DNA of 64,000 nt from Candidatus Pelagibacter sp. (GCA_045566195.1 JBJLDV010000016.1:18386-82385); one strand, 5' to 3'; shown: positions 54,416 to 64,000, numbered from the stretch's first letter. Numbers and translations: made by a program. The notes: generated from the sequence alone by a model not told the origin.

Positions 54416-54859
54416 TTAATTTTTTTCTAAATACTTTTGATGATATTCTTCAGCTATACTATAATTGTTTAATAAAGATATTTTAGTGACAACTTTATTA
54501 TTTAACTTAATATTTATTTTTTTAAGAACTTTTTCAGCAATTTCTTTTTGACCATTATTTAAATAAAAAATCTCACTTCTATATTGAGTCCCAAAATCTG
54601 GACCTTGCGCGTTTAAAGTGGTAGGATCATGAATATCGAAAAAAAACTCTAATATCTTTTCGTATGATATAATTTCTGGATCAAATTCTAATTTTACCAC
54701 TTCTGCATGATTTGTATTGCCTGTACATACTTCCCTATAAGAAGTTTTCTCAGTGTATCCTCCGCAATACCCAACTTCTGTTCGATACACTCCATCAAGT
54801 TTATTAAATTTAATTTCTGGTCCCCAGAAACACCCACATGCTAAAACTGCTATTTCCAT
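54416..54859 (-). CDS. msrA: Peptide methionine sulfoxide reductase A (short form)
   Basis: GCFWG, HAEVV, HDPT, QGPDFGTQYRS, AEEYHQKY. Confidence 0.95.
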   Translation of the reverse strand: MEIAVLACGCFWGPEIKFNKLDGVYRTEVGYCGGYTEKTSYREVCTGNTNHAEVVKLEFDPEIISYEKILEFFFDIHDPTTLNAQGPDFGTQYRSEIFYLNNGQKEIAEKVLKKINIKLNNKVVTKISLLNNYSIAEEYHQKYLEKN

Positions 54860-54893
54860 TGATTATTATGTTTATTAATTTAAAGTTAAACCT

Positions 54894-55775
54894 ATGCTTT
54901 CTAAAAATCAATTAGGCTTTTTGTACATGTTTTTATCTGTTTGTGCCTTTTCTATAATGGATTTAATTGTAAAATGGTCGGATAATTACCCATTAGGACA
55001 AGTGATATTTTTTAGGGGTTTTTTTGGACTAGTTTTTTATTATTTCATTATACCAAAAAAAAGAATTAAAGATTTTTACTTCACAAAACGACCTTTATTA
55101 CATCTATCCAGATGTTTTTTTGGCTTAGCAGCATTACTTTCTATTTTTACCGCTTTAAGAAATCTTCCTTTAGCAACTGTAGTTAGCATTACATTTGCTG
55201 CTCCAATTTTTACTACAATTTTCTCAATATTTTTCTTAAGTGAAAAGGTTGGATATTTTCGATGGTTAGCAGTTATTGTTGGTTTCGTTGGAATTTTAAT
55301 TATATCTGAGCCTGGATTTAGTTCCTTAAATATTTATTATATTTTTCCAGTTATATTTGTCTTGGGAATGTCTTATGTTGCTATAAGTATTAGGCAATTA
55401 TCATCAACAGAGCCAGTATGGCTTATTTCTTTATTTTTTTCAGCAGTCATAACAATTGCAGGAATATTTACCATACCTTTTGGTTGGTTAATGCCTAGTT
55501 TTATTGATCTTATTTTATTATCAATGATCGGTTTTTTTGGTGGAGTAGCAAATTTATGGCTTAGTCAATCATATAAATTTTCTGAAGTGTCCTTAGTTAC
55601 ACCTTTAAAGTATTTAGCCTTAGTATTTGCAATTGGATTTGGTTACTTAATATGGCAAGAAATACCATCAAGCAAGACTCTAATTGGGGCTGCTTTAGTA
55701 ATAACTTCTTCAATAATAATTTTCAGGAGAGAAATCATACTTAAAAAAAAACCAACTGCAGCTAGGCATGAATAA
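54894..55775 (+). CDS. DMT/EamA family transporter
   Basis: About 10 TM helices, two EamA repeats, FAAPIF...LSEKVG..RW. Confidence 0.9.
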   Translation: MLSKNQLGFLYMFLSVCAFSIMDLIVKWSDNYPLGQVIFFRGFFGLVFYYFIIPKKRIKDFYFTKRPLLHLSRCFFGLAALLSIFTALRNLPLATVVSITFAAPIFTTIFSIFFLSEKVGYFRWLAVIVGFVGILIISEPGFSSLNIYYIFPVIFVLGMSYVAISIRQLSSTEPVWLISLFFSAVITIAGIFTIPFGWLMPSFIDLILLSMIGFFGGVANLWLSQSYKFSEVSLVTPLKYLALVFAIGFGYLIWQEIPSSKTLIGAALVITSSIIIFRREIILKKKPTAARHE

Positions 55776-56394
55776 AAAACCGAAATACTGGAATAGTGCA
55801 CTCAAATACCTTTCATCAAAAGATTTAGTGATGAAAACATTAATTAAAAAGTATAATGATAAAACGCTTACTACACGAAAAGATATTTTTTTTTCATTAT
55901 GCAAAAGTATAATAGGACAACAGATTAGTGTTGCAGCTGCAAATTCAGTTTTTTTAAAATTTAAAAAAACTTGTAAAGGAAAAATTACTCCGATAACTGT
56001 AAATAAAAAAAGAACGAGCGAATTAAAAAAATGCGGCTTAAGTAGACAAAAAGTAAAAGGAATTAAAGAGCTTTCAAAAAAATTTTTAAATAAAGAATTT
56101 AATCCAAAATTAATAAAAAATATGAGCGATGAAGAGGCAATAGTTTATTTATCTACTCTTAGACAAATAGGGCGATGGTCAGCAGAAATGATTTTACTTT
56201 TTACTTTTAATAGAGAAAATATATGGCCCATTCAGGATATTGGACTTTTAAGAGCTATATCTAATAATTATAAAAAAAAATATTTACCACCAAAAACTTT
56301 TGTCACAAAATTAAAAAAAAAATTTACACCTTACTGTTCAGTTGCTACTTGGTATTTATGGAGATCTATTGATGATGAACCAATACAATATTAG
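55768..56394 (+). CDS. alkA: DNA-3-methyladenine glycosylase II family (HhH-GPD)
   Basis: IIGQQISV, GLSRQK, IGRWSAEM, WPIQDIG, PYCSVATWYLW. Confidence 0.88.
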   Translation: MNKKPKYWNSALKYLSSKDLVMKTLIKKYNDKTLTTRKDIFFSLCKSIIGQQISVAAANSVFLKFKKTCKGKITPITVNKKRTSELKKCGLSRQKVKGIKELSKKFLNKEFNPKLIKNMSDEEAIVYLSTLRQIGRWSAEMILLFTFNRENIWPIQDIGLLRAISNNYKKKYLPPKTFVTKLKKKFTPYCSVATWYLWRSIDDEPIQY

Positions 56395-56406
56395 ACTATT
56401 TATTCT

Positions 56407-57084
56407 TTAAATTTGAGAAATTAAGTTTTGCAAATTTTTTTTTATATTTCCTTTTGTTAAAGATCTTCCAATCACTAGCCAGTCACTTTTATATTTGTGG
56501 AAAGCATCGTGTGGATTGGCCATTCTTTTTTGGTCATTTTTCTGTTTATTGAAGCTTATACCCGGTGTAATAATTTCTTTTTTAAAAAATTTTCTTACAT
56601 ATTTAATTTCATGAACACTACAAACTAATGCATCTAAATTTGCCTTTTTTGCTAACTTTGCTTGGTGAGTTACTAAATTTTTTATTGATTTGTTGTATCC
56701 AATCTCTTGCAGATCATTATTATCCAATGAAGTTAAGGTAGTCACGCCAATTATTTTTATTCTTTTTGAAACTTTTTTAACGGCTTTTAAAGCACTAAAA
56801 CCAGAGCTCACATGAACCGTTAAGTAGTTTGGTTTTAAATCTTTCAATGCATTTACTGCAGATATCATTGTATTTGGGATATCATTTAATTTAGTATCTA
56901 AAAAGATAATTTTATTTTTTAAATTTTTAATAAATTTCCTGCCATTTTTTGAATTTAAAAATTCTAATCCAAATTTATATCCAATTTTTAATTCATTAGT
57001 TTTAGTGTTTTTAATAATTCTTTTAATTTTACTTACACTAGTTGAATCACAAGCTATGAATATTTTATTTTTACTTTTTTTCAT
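56407..57084 (-). CDS. pyrF: Orotidine-5'-phosphate decarboxylase
   Basis: IACD, FLDTKLNDIPNT, VTTLTS, TPGI, DQKR, VIGR; start at ATG 57084. Confidence 0.94.
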   Translation of the reverse strand: MKKSKNKIFIACDSTSVSKIKRIIKNTKTNELKIGYKFGLEFLNSKNGRKFIKNLKNKIIFLDTKLNDIPNTMISAVNALKDLKPNYLTVHVSSGFSALKAVKKVSKRIKIIGVTTLTSLDNNDLQEIGYNKSIKNLVTHQAKLAKKANLDALVCSVHEIKYVRKFFKKEIITPGISFNKQKNDQKRMANPHDAFHKYKSDWLVIGRSLTKGNIKKNLQNLISQI

Positions 57085-57364
57085 TATTAATTCTTTCAAA
57101 TAGATCTTTACCCATTTTAAAATGAATAGTTTTTTTTTCAGGAGTATTTACTTTTTCGCCAGTTTTTGGATTTCGGGAAACTCTTGCTTTTTGAGTATGA
57201 GTAGACCATGTTCCAAATCCTCTTAATTCAACTCTTTCTCCTTTGTTAAGAGAATATTTAATCTCCTCTAAAATAATATTAAAAAATTTGTCTAGGTCTT
57301 TTTTATAAAAATTGGGATATTTTTTAAAAATTTTTTTTAGAAGGCTTGATTTAACTATTGCCAA
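57071..57364 (-). CDS. ihfB: Integration host factor beta (TTG start)
   Basis: RVELRGFG, RNPKTGE, HFKMGK; follows rpsA. Confidence 0.88.
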   Translation of the reverse strand: MAIVKSSLLKKIFKKYPNFYKKDLDKFFNIILEEIKYSLNKGERVELRGFGTWSTHTQKARVSRNPKTGEKVNTPEKKTIHFKMGKDLFERINNEKK

Positions 57365-57370
57365 TTTATA

Positions 57371-59107
57371 TTAGTCTTTCTTAGTTTTTTTATCTTTTTT
57401 CTCAAGTTTATCCGAAAGTGAGGAAAATGGAAGCTGTCTACCAGATAATGGATCGGAGCCCATCTCTAATGCTTTTTTATTCTGCAGCTCTTCTAACAAC
57501 TTAATACTTAAGGATACTTTTCTTTTTTTGAGATCAATCTCTTGGATTGCTGCATCTATTCTATCGCCATTAATGAATCTTGATGGTCTTGCGTCAGCAG
57601 CATTAATAGCAATTTGTGATTTTTTAATTTGTAATTCAATATTACTACCCTCAGGTTTAACAACTAATCCTCTATTATCAGTATTTATAATCTTAACAGT
57701 TAAAGTATCGTTTACTTTCTTATCTTGGAACCATTCGAATGGATCTGGTTGATTTTGCTTTAATCCGATTCTAAGTTTTTGTTGGTCTGATTTTATTTCT
57801 AAAACTTTTACTTTTAATTTATCCCCTTTTTTATATTTCTTTATTTCTTCTTCTGGGTTTTTATCGTATGTCAGGTCATTCGCGTGTAAAAAACCATCAA
57901 GATCAAAATCATTGATTTTTAAGTATATAGCGTAATCATTAATACTACTAATTACACCTTCTACAGTTGAGTTAACAGGAAATTTCTTTTCGAAAACCAC
58001 AAGAGGATTCTCTTGGGTGAGTCTATGTGAGATGGAAACTCTTCTCTTTTCTTTATCAATTTCTGTAATCACACAAGAAATCTCATCGCCAATCTTAAAC
58101 ATTTTTTTTGCTGATGGGTTTTTCTTTGTCCAACTAAGTTCGCTTGAGTGTAGTAAAGTTGTCAAACCTGGCTCTAACTCGCAAAAAGCTCCAAAGTCCA
58201 TCATTTTTACAACTTTAACTTTATATTCTTTATTTAATTCATAATTTGAAATATGCTCAAAAGGATCAGGAGACAATTGTTTAATAGAACAACCAACTTG
58301 CTGTTTTTCTTTGTCAACAGATATAACAAGTAAATCATGTTTTGCGCCAATGCTTAATAATTCATCAGGGTGATTTACTCTTGAGTAAGATAGTTCTGAG
58401 GTATGTACTAATACATCTAACTCAGAATTAACATCAAAAAAACATCCAAAACTACTATATCCTTTTACAATAGCATTTTTAATTACGTCACCAACTTTAT
58501 ATTTTTCTACTATCTTAGCTCTATCTTCTTTTTTACCTGAGGATATTATTTGTCTTCTAGATACACATGCGTTTCCTCTTACTTTATCTAGTTTTATTAA
58601 AGCAAACTTTTGAGGTTCATTCATTAAGTGAGATATATCTTTTAAAGGTTTATCAGAAATTTGAGATCCTGGGCAAAACATTAAAGACCCAGTTTCGATA
58701 TGCTCTACGATTACTCCACCCTTACATTTATTTGTTATTTTTCCCGTAATTGGCTCATTATTTTCATAAGCACTAACTAGTTTATCCCAACCTTTTATTT
58801 TTAGAGCTTTACTTGCTGAAACTATTACATCACCGTTTTTATCCTCTATTCTTTCAAGTAAAACAGAAATTTTGCTACCTTCTTTTAAAGTCTCTGTTAA
58901 ACCCAAAGTTTTTATCTCATTAAAATCTAATACTGGTTCCGATTTTAGTCCTTCAATAAATAAAAAAACGAATTTTTCAGTAATTTTTGTTACTTTTCCC
59001 TCTATTATTTTACCTTCAGCGAGATTCTTTGTTTTCGAAAGCTGACCGTTTAGAAGTTCTTTAAATTCTTTTGAGGCTTGTGTTTCTAAAGAATTGTATA
59101 TTTCCAT
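57371..59107 (-). CDS. rpsA: 30S ribosomal protein S1
   Basis: Six S1 repeats (FCPGSQ, FGAFCEL, LHSSELSW, RVSIS); cmk-rpsA-ihfB order. Confidence 0.96.
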   Translation of the reverse strand: MEIYNSLETQASKEFKELLNGQLSKTKNLAEGKIIEGKVTKITEKFVFLFIEGLKSEPVLDFNEIKTLGLTETLKEGSKISVLLERIEDKNGDVIVSASKALKIKGWDKLVSAYENNEPITGKITNKCKGGVIVEHIETGSLMFCPGSQISDKPLKDISHLMNEPQKFALIKLDKVRGNACVSRRQIISSGKKEDRAKIVEKYKVGDVIKNAIVKGYSSFGCFFDVNSELDVLVHTSELSYSRVNHPDELLSIGAKHDLLVISVDKEKQQVGCSIKQLSPDPFEHISNYELNKEYKVKVVKMMDFGAFCELEPGLTTLLHSSELSWTKKNPSAKKMFKIGDEISCVITEIDKEKRRVSISHRLTQENPLVVFEKKFPVNSTVEGVISSINDYAIYLKINDFDLDGFLHANDLTYDKNPEEEIKKYKKGDKLKVKVLEIKSDQQKLRIGLKQNQPDPFEWFQDKKVNDTLTVKIINTDNRGLVVKPEGSNIELQIKKSQIAINAADARPSRFINGDRIDAAIQEIDLKKRKVSLSIKLLEELQNKKALEMGSDPLSGRQLPFSSLSDKLEKKDKKTKKD

Positions 59108-59760
59108 TAATTTTTATTTTCTTTCTCTATTATGTTTTTTATTTTTAAAAAACATGCTTTTTTAGTTAAATTTGAGGTATTAATCAAGATAGAATCCTTG
59201 GTTCTTTTTAACGGAGAAATACGCCTATTAAAGTCACTATAATCACGTTTTTTTATACTTTTTTTAACTTCTACCAAGGAAATTTTCTTCCCCAATCTTC
59301 TTAACTCTCTATATCTTCTTAAAGATCTAACTTTTAATGAAGCAGTTATAAAAAATTTAAAATTTGCATCTGGAATTATTTTATAAGTAATATCTCTTCC
59401 ATCTAAACAGCATCCATTAAATTTCTTTGGAAACTTATAAGCACAGTTAATTTGAAATTTATGAACTATTATTCTAACTTTTTTGTCTTTGGCTATTTCT
59501 GAAGCAAGTGTTCCTATACTATCATTTGATAAAATTTTTTTACTTAAATCTTTTAGTTTTAATTTATCGATTTTTGTTTTTAAAAAATTATAATTGTATT
59601 TTTTTGGATACTTCATTCTTAAAAAAGCTAAATAACGATAAATTTTACCAGTATCAAGGTAAAGAAGATTAAAATATTTTGATACTTCTTTTCCAATAGT
59701 ACCAGCTCCAGCAGCTGCAGGAGAATCAATTGCAATTTTTATTTTTTTTTTTAGTTTCAT
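59107..59760 (-). CDS. cmk: Cytidylate kinase
   Basis: IAIDSPAAAGAGT, LDTGKIYR, DGRDI, RD..D..R.ISPL. Confidence 0.92.
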   Translation of the reverse strand: MKLKKKIKIAIDSPAAAGAGTIGKEVSKYFNLLYLDTGKIYRYLAFLRMKYPKKYNYNFLKTKIDKLKLKDLSKKILSNDSIGTLASEIAKDKKVRIIVHKFQINCAYKFPKKFNGCCLDGRDITYKIIPDANFKFFITASLKVRSLRRYRELRRLGKKISLVEVKKSIKKRDYSDFNRRISPLKRTKDSILINTSNLTKKACFLKIKNIIEKENKN

Positions 59761-61091
59761 TATTTAATTTTAGCGCCGATTTTTTTTATTTTTAAGAAGA
59801 ATGATGGAAAAGAAGTTTTAACCGAGTCGGGATCAAATATCTTCCATTTCCCACCAAATGATAGGGCTGCAATTACTGACATCATAAATACACGATGATC
59901 TTTTAAAAAATTTTTTATAATTATATTTTTACTTAGTTTCAAATTAGGATTACCGTAAATTTTAATTGAACTACTATCATATTTTAATCTAACACCCATC
60001 ATTTTTAATATTTTTGCAGCAATTGTGAGTCTTGGACTTTCTTTTTGATTCAACTCTGATAAATCTTTAAAATATGAAATACCTTTTGATTTTGCAGCAA
60101 CAAGAAAAATAATTAAAAATTCGTCTATTGCAGCAGAATTTAAAGAGACTGGACAGTTTATACTTTTTAGATTTTTTATACTTTTAACCTTAATATCTGA
60201 ACATCTTTCTCCATTCATTATTTTAAAATTTTCAAATTGAATCTTCGCACCCATTTTATTTAGTATTTTTATAACTCCGATTCTTGATGAATTAATATTT
60301 ATATTTTTTAAAGTCAATTTAGATTTTTTTGAAAGTAAAGTTAAAACAATAAAGAAAGCTGCTGAACTAATATCTCCAGGTATATTAAAATCTATTTTTT
60401 TAATAAAATTTGGTCGGGATACTGTTATATAATCATATTTATCAATTTTTTTTATTTTCAAGGGAACGTTTAAACTTCTAAACATCTTTTCAGTATGATC
60501 TCTAGAAACTTTTGCTTTTATTTTTGTTATCCCAGGAACGTTTAATGAAGCTAACATTATACAAGTTTTACATTGTGCTGAACCTCTATTTTCAAAGTAA
60601 TTTATTGGCCTGAGGTAATTACTTCCCTTAATATAAATTGGTAATTTAGATTTTTGTGGGGGATAAAAATTAATTCCAATTTTTTTTAATGGTTCTATTA
60701 CTCTAGAAAAATCTCTTTTAGACAAACTCTTATCACCTATAATTTTTATTTTATAAGGTGATTTTATTAATAAAGATAAAATTAATCTTCCAAGAGTTCC
60801 AGAATTACCCGCATTTAATGTTAGATTCTTTTTATAAATAAAACCATTTAAACCTCTTCCCTCAATAGTACATAAGTTATTTTTTTGAACTATTTTTACC
60901 CCAAGTTTCTTTAAACAATTTAAGGTATTTTGAACATCATCTGATTTTAGCAAATTTTTTGCTTTAGATATTCCTATAGCTTGTGAAGCAAGTAAGGCCC
61001 ATCGAATTGATAAGCTTTTATCTCCATCAATGTTGATTTTTTTATTAAAATTTTCAACTTTATTATTAATCGTAACAAATTTTTTTTGCAT
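59760..61091 (-). CDS. aroA: EPSP synthase
   Basis: GDKSLSIR, GNSGT, SAQCK, SRDHTEKM, PGDISSA, KESPR, DHRV. Confidence 0.95.
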   Translation of the reverse strand: MQKKFVTINNKVENFNKKINIDGDKSLSIRWALLASQAIGISKAKNLLKSDDVQNTLNCLKKLGVKIVQKNNLCTIEGRGLNGFIYKKNLTLNAGNSGTLGRLILSLLIKSPYKIKIIGDKSLSKRDFSRVIEPLKKIGINFYPPQKSKLPIYIKGSNYLRPINYFENRGSAQCKTCIMLASLNVPGITKIKAKVSRDHTEKMFRSLNVPLKIKKIDKYDYITVSRPNFIKKIDFNIPGDISSAAFFIVLTLLSKKSKLTLKNININSSRIGVIKILNKMGAKIQFENFKIMNGERCSDIKVKSIKNLKSINCPVSLNSAAIDEFLIIFLVAAKSKGISYFKDLSELNQKESPRLTIAAKILKMMGVRLKYDSSSIKIYGNPNLKLSKNIIIKNFLKDHRVFMMSVIAALSFGGKWKIFDPDSVKTSFPSFFLKIKKIGAKIK

Positions 61092-61097
61092 TAGATG

Positions 61098-61874
61098 TTA
61101 ATTAATTTTAAAGGCTTCCCCAAAATAGGCATTTCTTGCTGCAGCATTGTTTATAAGTTCTTTTGGAGTACCTTGAGCAATTATTTTACAATTTGATAAT
61201 ATCATCGCAACATCCACACATGTAAGCAGATCTCTAGCTTGGTGATCGCATATAATAATACCTATTCTTTCTTCAGTTTGTAAATTTACTATGATTTTCT
61301 GTAACATTTGAATTGTTAATACATCAAGTGCTGCAAAACATTCATCTAAAAGAAGTATTTTTGGATCCCCAAGTAATGCAAGAGCAATTACCAACTTTTT
61401 CTTTTGACCACCAGAAAGAAAAGACGCATTAATATTTCTGACATAATCCAGCTCGAATCTGGAAATTAAATATTCAATTTTGCTATTCTGCTCCCTTGAA
61501 TCTTTAAGCAGAATCTGCGCTATAGCTTTTAAATTTTCATATGTTGTAAGGTCTGAAAAAAATCCTCCATACTGTGGAACATATCCAATTTTAAATTCTC
61601 TAGTTCTCAGATATATAGGAAAGTTGGTTGCCTCTTTGTTTCCAAAGATTACTTTACCATAATCAGGCTTAATAAGACCCGTTATTAAATTGAAAATTGT
61701 TGATTTTCCCGCACCATTTGGTCCAAGTAGCCCCAAAATTTCACCACGATTAATTTTTAGAGATACATTGTCTAATATTTTTCTTTCACCGAAAGACTTT
61801 GAGATATTTTTTAACTCTAAAAGAGTTTGATCTTTTTTAAATGATTTAATTCGGAATTTTTTAATTATTGCCAT
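61098..61874 (-). CDS. lptB: LPS export ABC ATPase LptB (divergent)
   Basis: GPNGAGKST, IGYVPQ, LSGG, LLDECFAALD, DH, C-terminal AYFGEAF; downstream of kdsD-lptC. Confidence 0.85.
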   Translation of the reverse strand: MAIIKKFRIKSFKKDQTLLELKNISKSFGERKILDNVSLKINRGEILGLLGPNGAGKSTIFNLITGLIKPDYGKVIFGNKEATNFPIYLRTREFKIGYVPQYGGFFSDLTTYENLKAIAQILLKDSREQNSKIEYLISRFELDYVRNINASFLSGGQKKKLVIALALLGDPKILLLDECFAALDVLTIQMLQKIIVNLQTEERIGIIICDHQARDLLTCVDVAMILSNCKIIAQGTPKELINNAAARNAYFGEAFKIN

Positions 61875-62439
61875 TTTTAATATTTACTTTCACCTTGCCA
61901 TATTTATCTAACATATAAATCTTCGAGAATTTAGTTACAAGATCAATTTCTATAATATCTGCTAAAAGTTTATTATTGTAACCCTCATAAACTACATTTT
62001 CTTGAATATTGATATCTTTGTTCACATAATTTAAAAACATTTTATCTGATGTAATTAGATGACCAATATAAGTAAGTTTAACGTTATCGTAAAAATATGT
62101 ATTAAGTGTGACTTTATTATAATTAGCATAATCTGACAAAATTATAACACTCTCTGAGTTTTTAATTTCAATTTCAGCTTTAACACCCTGTAATTTTAAC
62201 TCATTACTGTCTAAATCAGAAATTTCTCCGTATTCTGAATTTATAATATATGAATTACCATCTATATCGTTTGCAGTGTATTTTAAATCTACAATTTTGT
62301 TATTTATTTGATTATCAACATCAACTTTATCTTCTTTAATAAAAGTATTATCATTTGTAAAAAAAAAATAATAAAAAACTAATAAAATTAACGCGATTAA
62401 TAATGTAATGCTTAATTGGATTAATAATTTAGATGACAT
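61861..62439 (-). CDS. lptC: LPS export periplasmic protein LptC
   Basis: Single N-terminal TM, then a beta-rich acidic domain; position between kdsD and lptB. Confidence 0.7.
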   Translation of the reverse strand: MSSKLLIQLSITLLIALILLVFYYFFFTNDNTFIKEDKVDVDNQINNKIVDLKYTANDIDGNSYIINSEYGEISDLDSNELKLQGVKAEIEIKNSESVIILSDYANYNKVTLNTYFYDNVKLTYIGHLITSDKMFLNYVNKDINIQENVVYEGYNNKLLADIIEIDLVTKFSKIYMLDKYGKVKVNIKNGNN

Positions 62440-63413
62440 TAATTAATATTTGCATTTAAAATATTATGAATATGGATTATTCCAATAGTCCTATCTTTTT
62501 TGTTATTTTTAAATACACATAAACTAGTAATTTTTTTTTTTGATGTCATTAGGTTCAACGCTTTTGCAGCTAATTCGTTTTGATCGATAGAAATTGGGTT
62601 TTTTGTCATTATTTTATTTAATTTAAGCTTATGAAGATCACTATTTTTTTCTATTACTCTTTTTAAATCACCATCAGTAACTATACCTATTGTTTTTTTA
62701 ATTTTGTTTCTTACTATCAAAACACCTAAATTTTTCTTTGATAAAATTTTTAAAGCATTTTTCATACTTGAGTTTTCAGCAACAAATGGAACTTTATTTC
62801 CACTTATCATAAGATCTTCAACAGTTTTTAATTTTGTTGCAAGATTTCCTGAGGGATGAAATCTTTTAAAATCTAATTTTCCAAAATTTTTATAATTCAT
62901 CGATGCAATAGCTAAAGCATCTCCTAGGGCTAGTTGAGATGTTGTTGAAGATGTAGGAACAATTCCATGTCCTGACTCCTTTGACTCTGGAATAAAAAGT
63001 TTTACATCAGATGATTTGTATAGGACTGATTTTTTTTTCGAGACTATACCTACAAGGATAATTTTATTTCTTTTTGCATATTGTATTACAGGCTTTAATT
63101 CTTCTGTTTCTCCAGAATTACTTATTAGGATTAATAAATCTTTTTTTGTTATACTTCCTAAGTCACCATGACTACATTGACTGGCCGATATCGCAAAAGA
63201 TGGACTGCCCACAGACGAAAGTGTGCTACTTATTTTTGATGCGATAATAAAACTTTTACCAACACCGCAAAAAATTACTTTTGATTGGCAGTTGCTGATT
63301 AGACTTACTGTTTTATTAAATGAATTGTTAATTGAATTTTTAAGGTTTTTTAGTGCCTGTATTTCAAGATCAATTACATTTTTTGCAATTTTTTTTAAAT
63401 TATTTTTTTTCAT
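62439..63413 (-). CDS. kdsD: Arabinose-5-phosphate isomerase (SIS + 2 CBS)
   Basis: GVGKS, HGDLG, SNSGET, PTSST, GDALA, FHPSG, TDGDL. Confidence 0.95.
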   Translation of the reverse strand: MKKNNLKKIAKNVIDLEIQALKNLKNSINNSFNKTVSLISNCQSKVIFCGVGKSFIIASKISSTLSSVGSPSFAISASQCSHGDLGSITKKDLLILISNSGETEELKPVIQYAKRNKIILVGIVSKKKSVLYKSSDVKLFIPESKESGHGIVPTSSTTSQLALGDALAIASMNYKNFGKLDFKRFHPSGNLATKLKTVEDLMISGNKVPFVAENSSMKNALKILSKKNLGVLIVRNKIKKTIGIVTDGDLKRVIEKNSDLHKLKLNKIMTKNPISIDQNELAAKALNLMTSKKKITSLCVFKNNKKDRTIGIIHIHNILNANIN

Positions 63414-63415
63414 TT

Positions 63416-64000
63416 TTAATGTTCAAAAGTACTAATCTTATATCCAGCCATTTCCATATCTACAAGTGTGGGAAGAACTTTTATGCTTTTTTCATAGAGC
63501 TCTATTCTTTTTTCTCTTTCCAACATATTTGTTAATTTTTTTTTGATTTCAAATAAGAACTCTGTATCTTGAGCTGCATAACTAATTTGTTTTGGAGATA
63601 AGTTCGGATCACCCCAATCACTTTGTTGTTCTTTTTTAGAAATATCTTTTCCACATATTTCTTTTACTAAATCTTTATACCCATGGTAATTAGAGGCAGT
63701 TCTTGCGATTTTTGATGCAAGTTTAGTACAAAACATATTTTCAATTGTAACCCCTAGATGATACTTTAGCCATAACATATCTTGTCTTGCATAGTGCATA
63801 ATAAATTGAGTACTGCTATTTGATAATAATTTTTTTAAGTTAGGAGCTTTATAGTTATCCCTATTTAGTTTAATCAAATAATATTCTTTAGAGTCTAAAC
63901 CTAACTGAACTAAAGTAAGGGGGTCTCTTCCTAGAACAAGACCAAGTGCCTCACAATCCAAACCAATAGCTTTTTCTTTAGATAAATCAATTTCGTCTGG
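63416..64000 (-). CDS. rnd: Ribonuclease D, short DEDDy form (5' part outside window)
   Basis: Frame is open to the window edge; LDCEALGL, LVQL, HYARQD, CTKLASKIART, QQSDWG, YAAQD. Confidence 0.9.
   Translation of the reverse strand, partial: PDEIDLSKEKAIGLDCEALGLVLGRDPLTLVQLGLDSKEYYLIKLNRDNYKAPNLKKLLSNSSTQFIMHYARQDMLWLKYHLGVTIENMFCTKLASKIARTASNYHGYKDLVKEICGKDISKKEQQSDWGDPNLSPKQISYAAQDTEFLFEIKKKLTNMLEREKRIELYEKSIKVLPTLVDMEMAGYKISTFEH

Overview
Very AT-rich, densely packed alphaproteobacterial core-genome segment. Gene content, gene order and streamlining fit SAR11/Pelagibacterales (inference). It holds about 59 protein-coding genes: sucD(end)-sucAB-lpdA-priA, atpHAGDC, rplU-rpmA-obgE-proBA-nadD-rsfS-ctpA-rppH, metX-metW-gloB under a SAM-II riboswitch, hisC-tyrA, trkH-ampG-NlpC/P60-TPR sulfotransferase, lysS-pyrD-rpmB-yhhQ, a four-gene polyamine operon, regA, bioY, polA-chvIG-ahcY-tsaE-amgK-murU, gpmA, a VanZ/nuclease/SLT trio, an RND pump, and rnd-kdsD-lptC-lptB-aroA-cmk-rpsA-ihfB-pyrF. 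I saw no tRNA, rRNA, CRISPR array or mobile element. The best candidates for new biology are: (1) the operon fold-III decarboxylase + deoxyhypusine synthase-like + AguB + AguA, a possible ureohydrolase-free homospermidine route, with a perfect hairpin/U-tract in its leader; (2) an RND adaptor lacking the TolC-contacting alpha-hairpin; (3) a SAM-II riboswitch with a U8 tract and an anti-aptamer strand instead of a sequestered SD. All calls come from motif recognition by eye; no database search was run.
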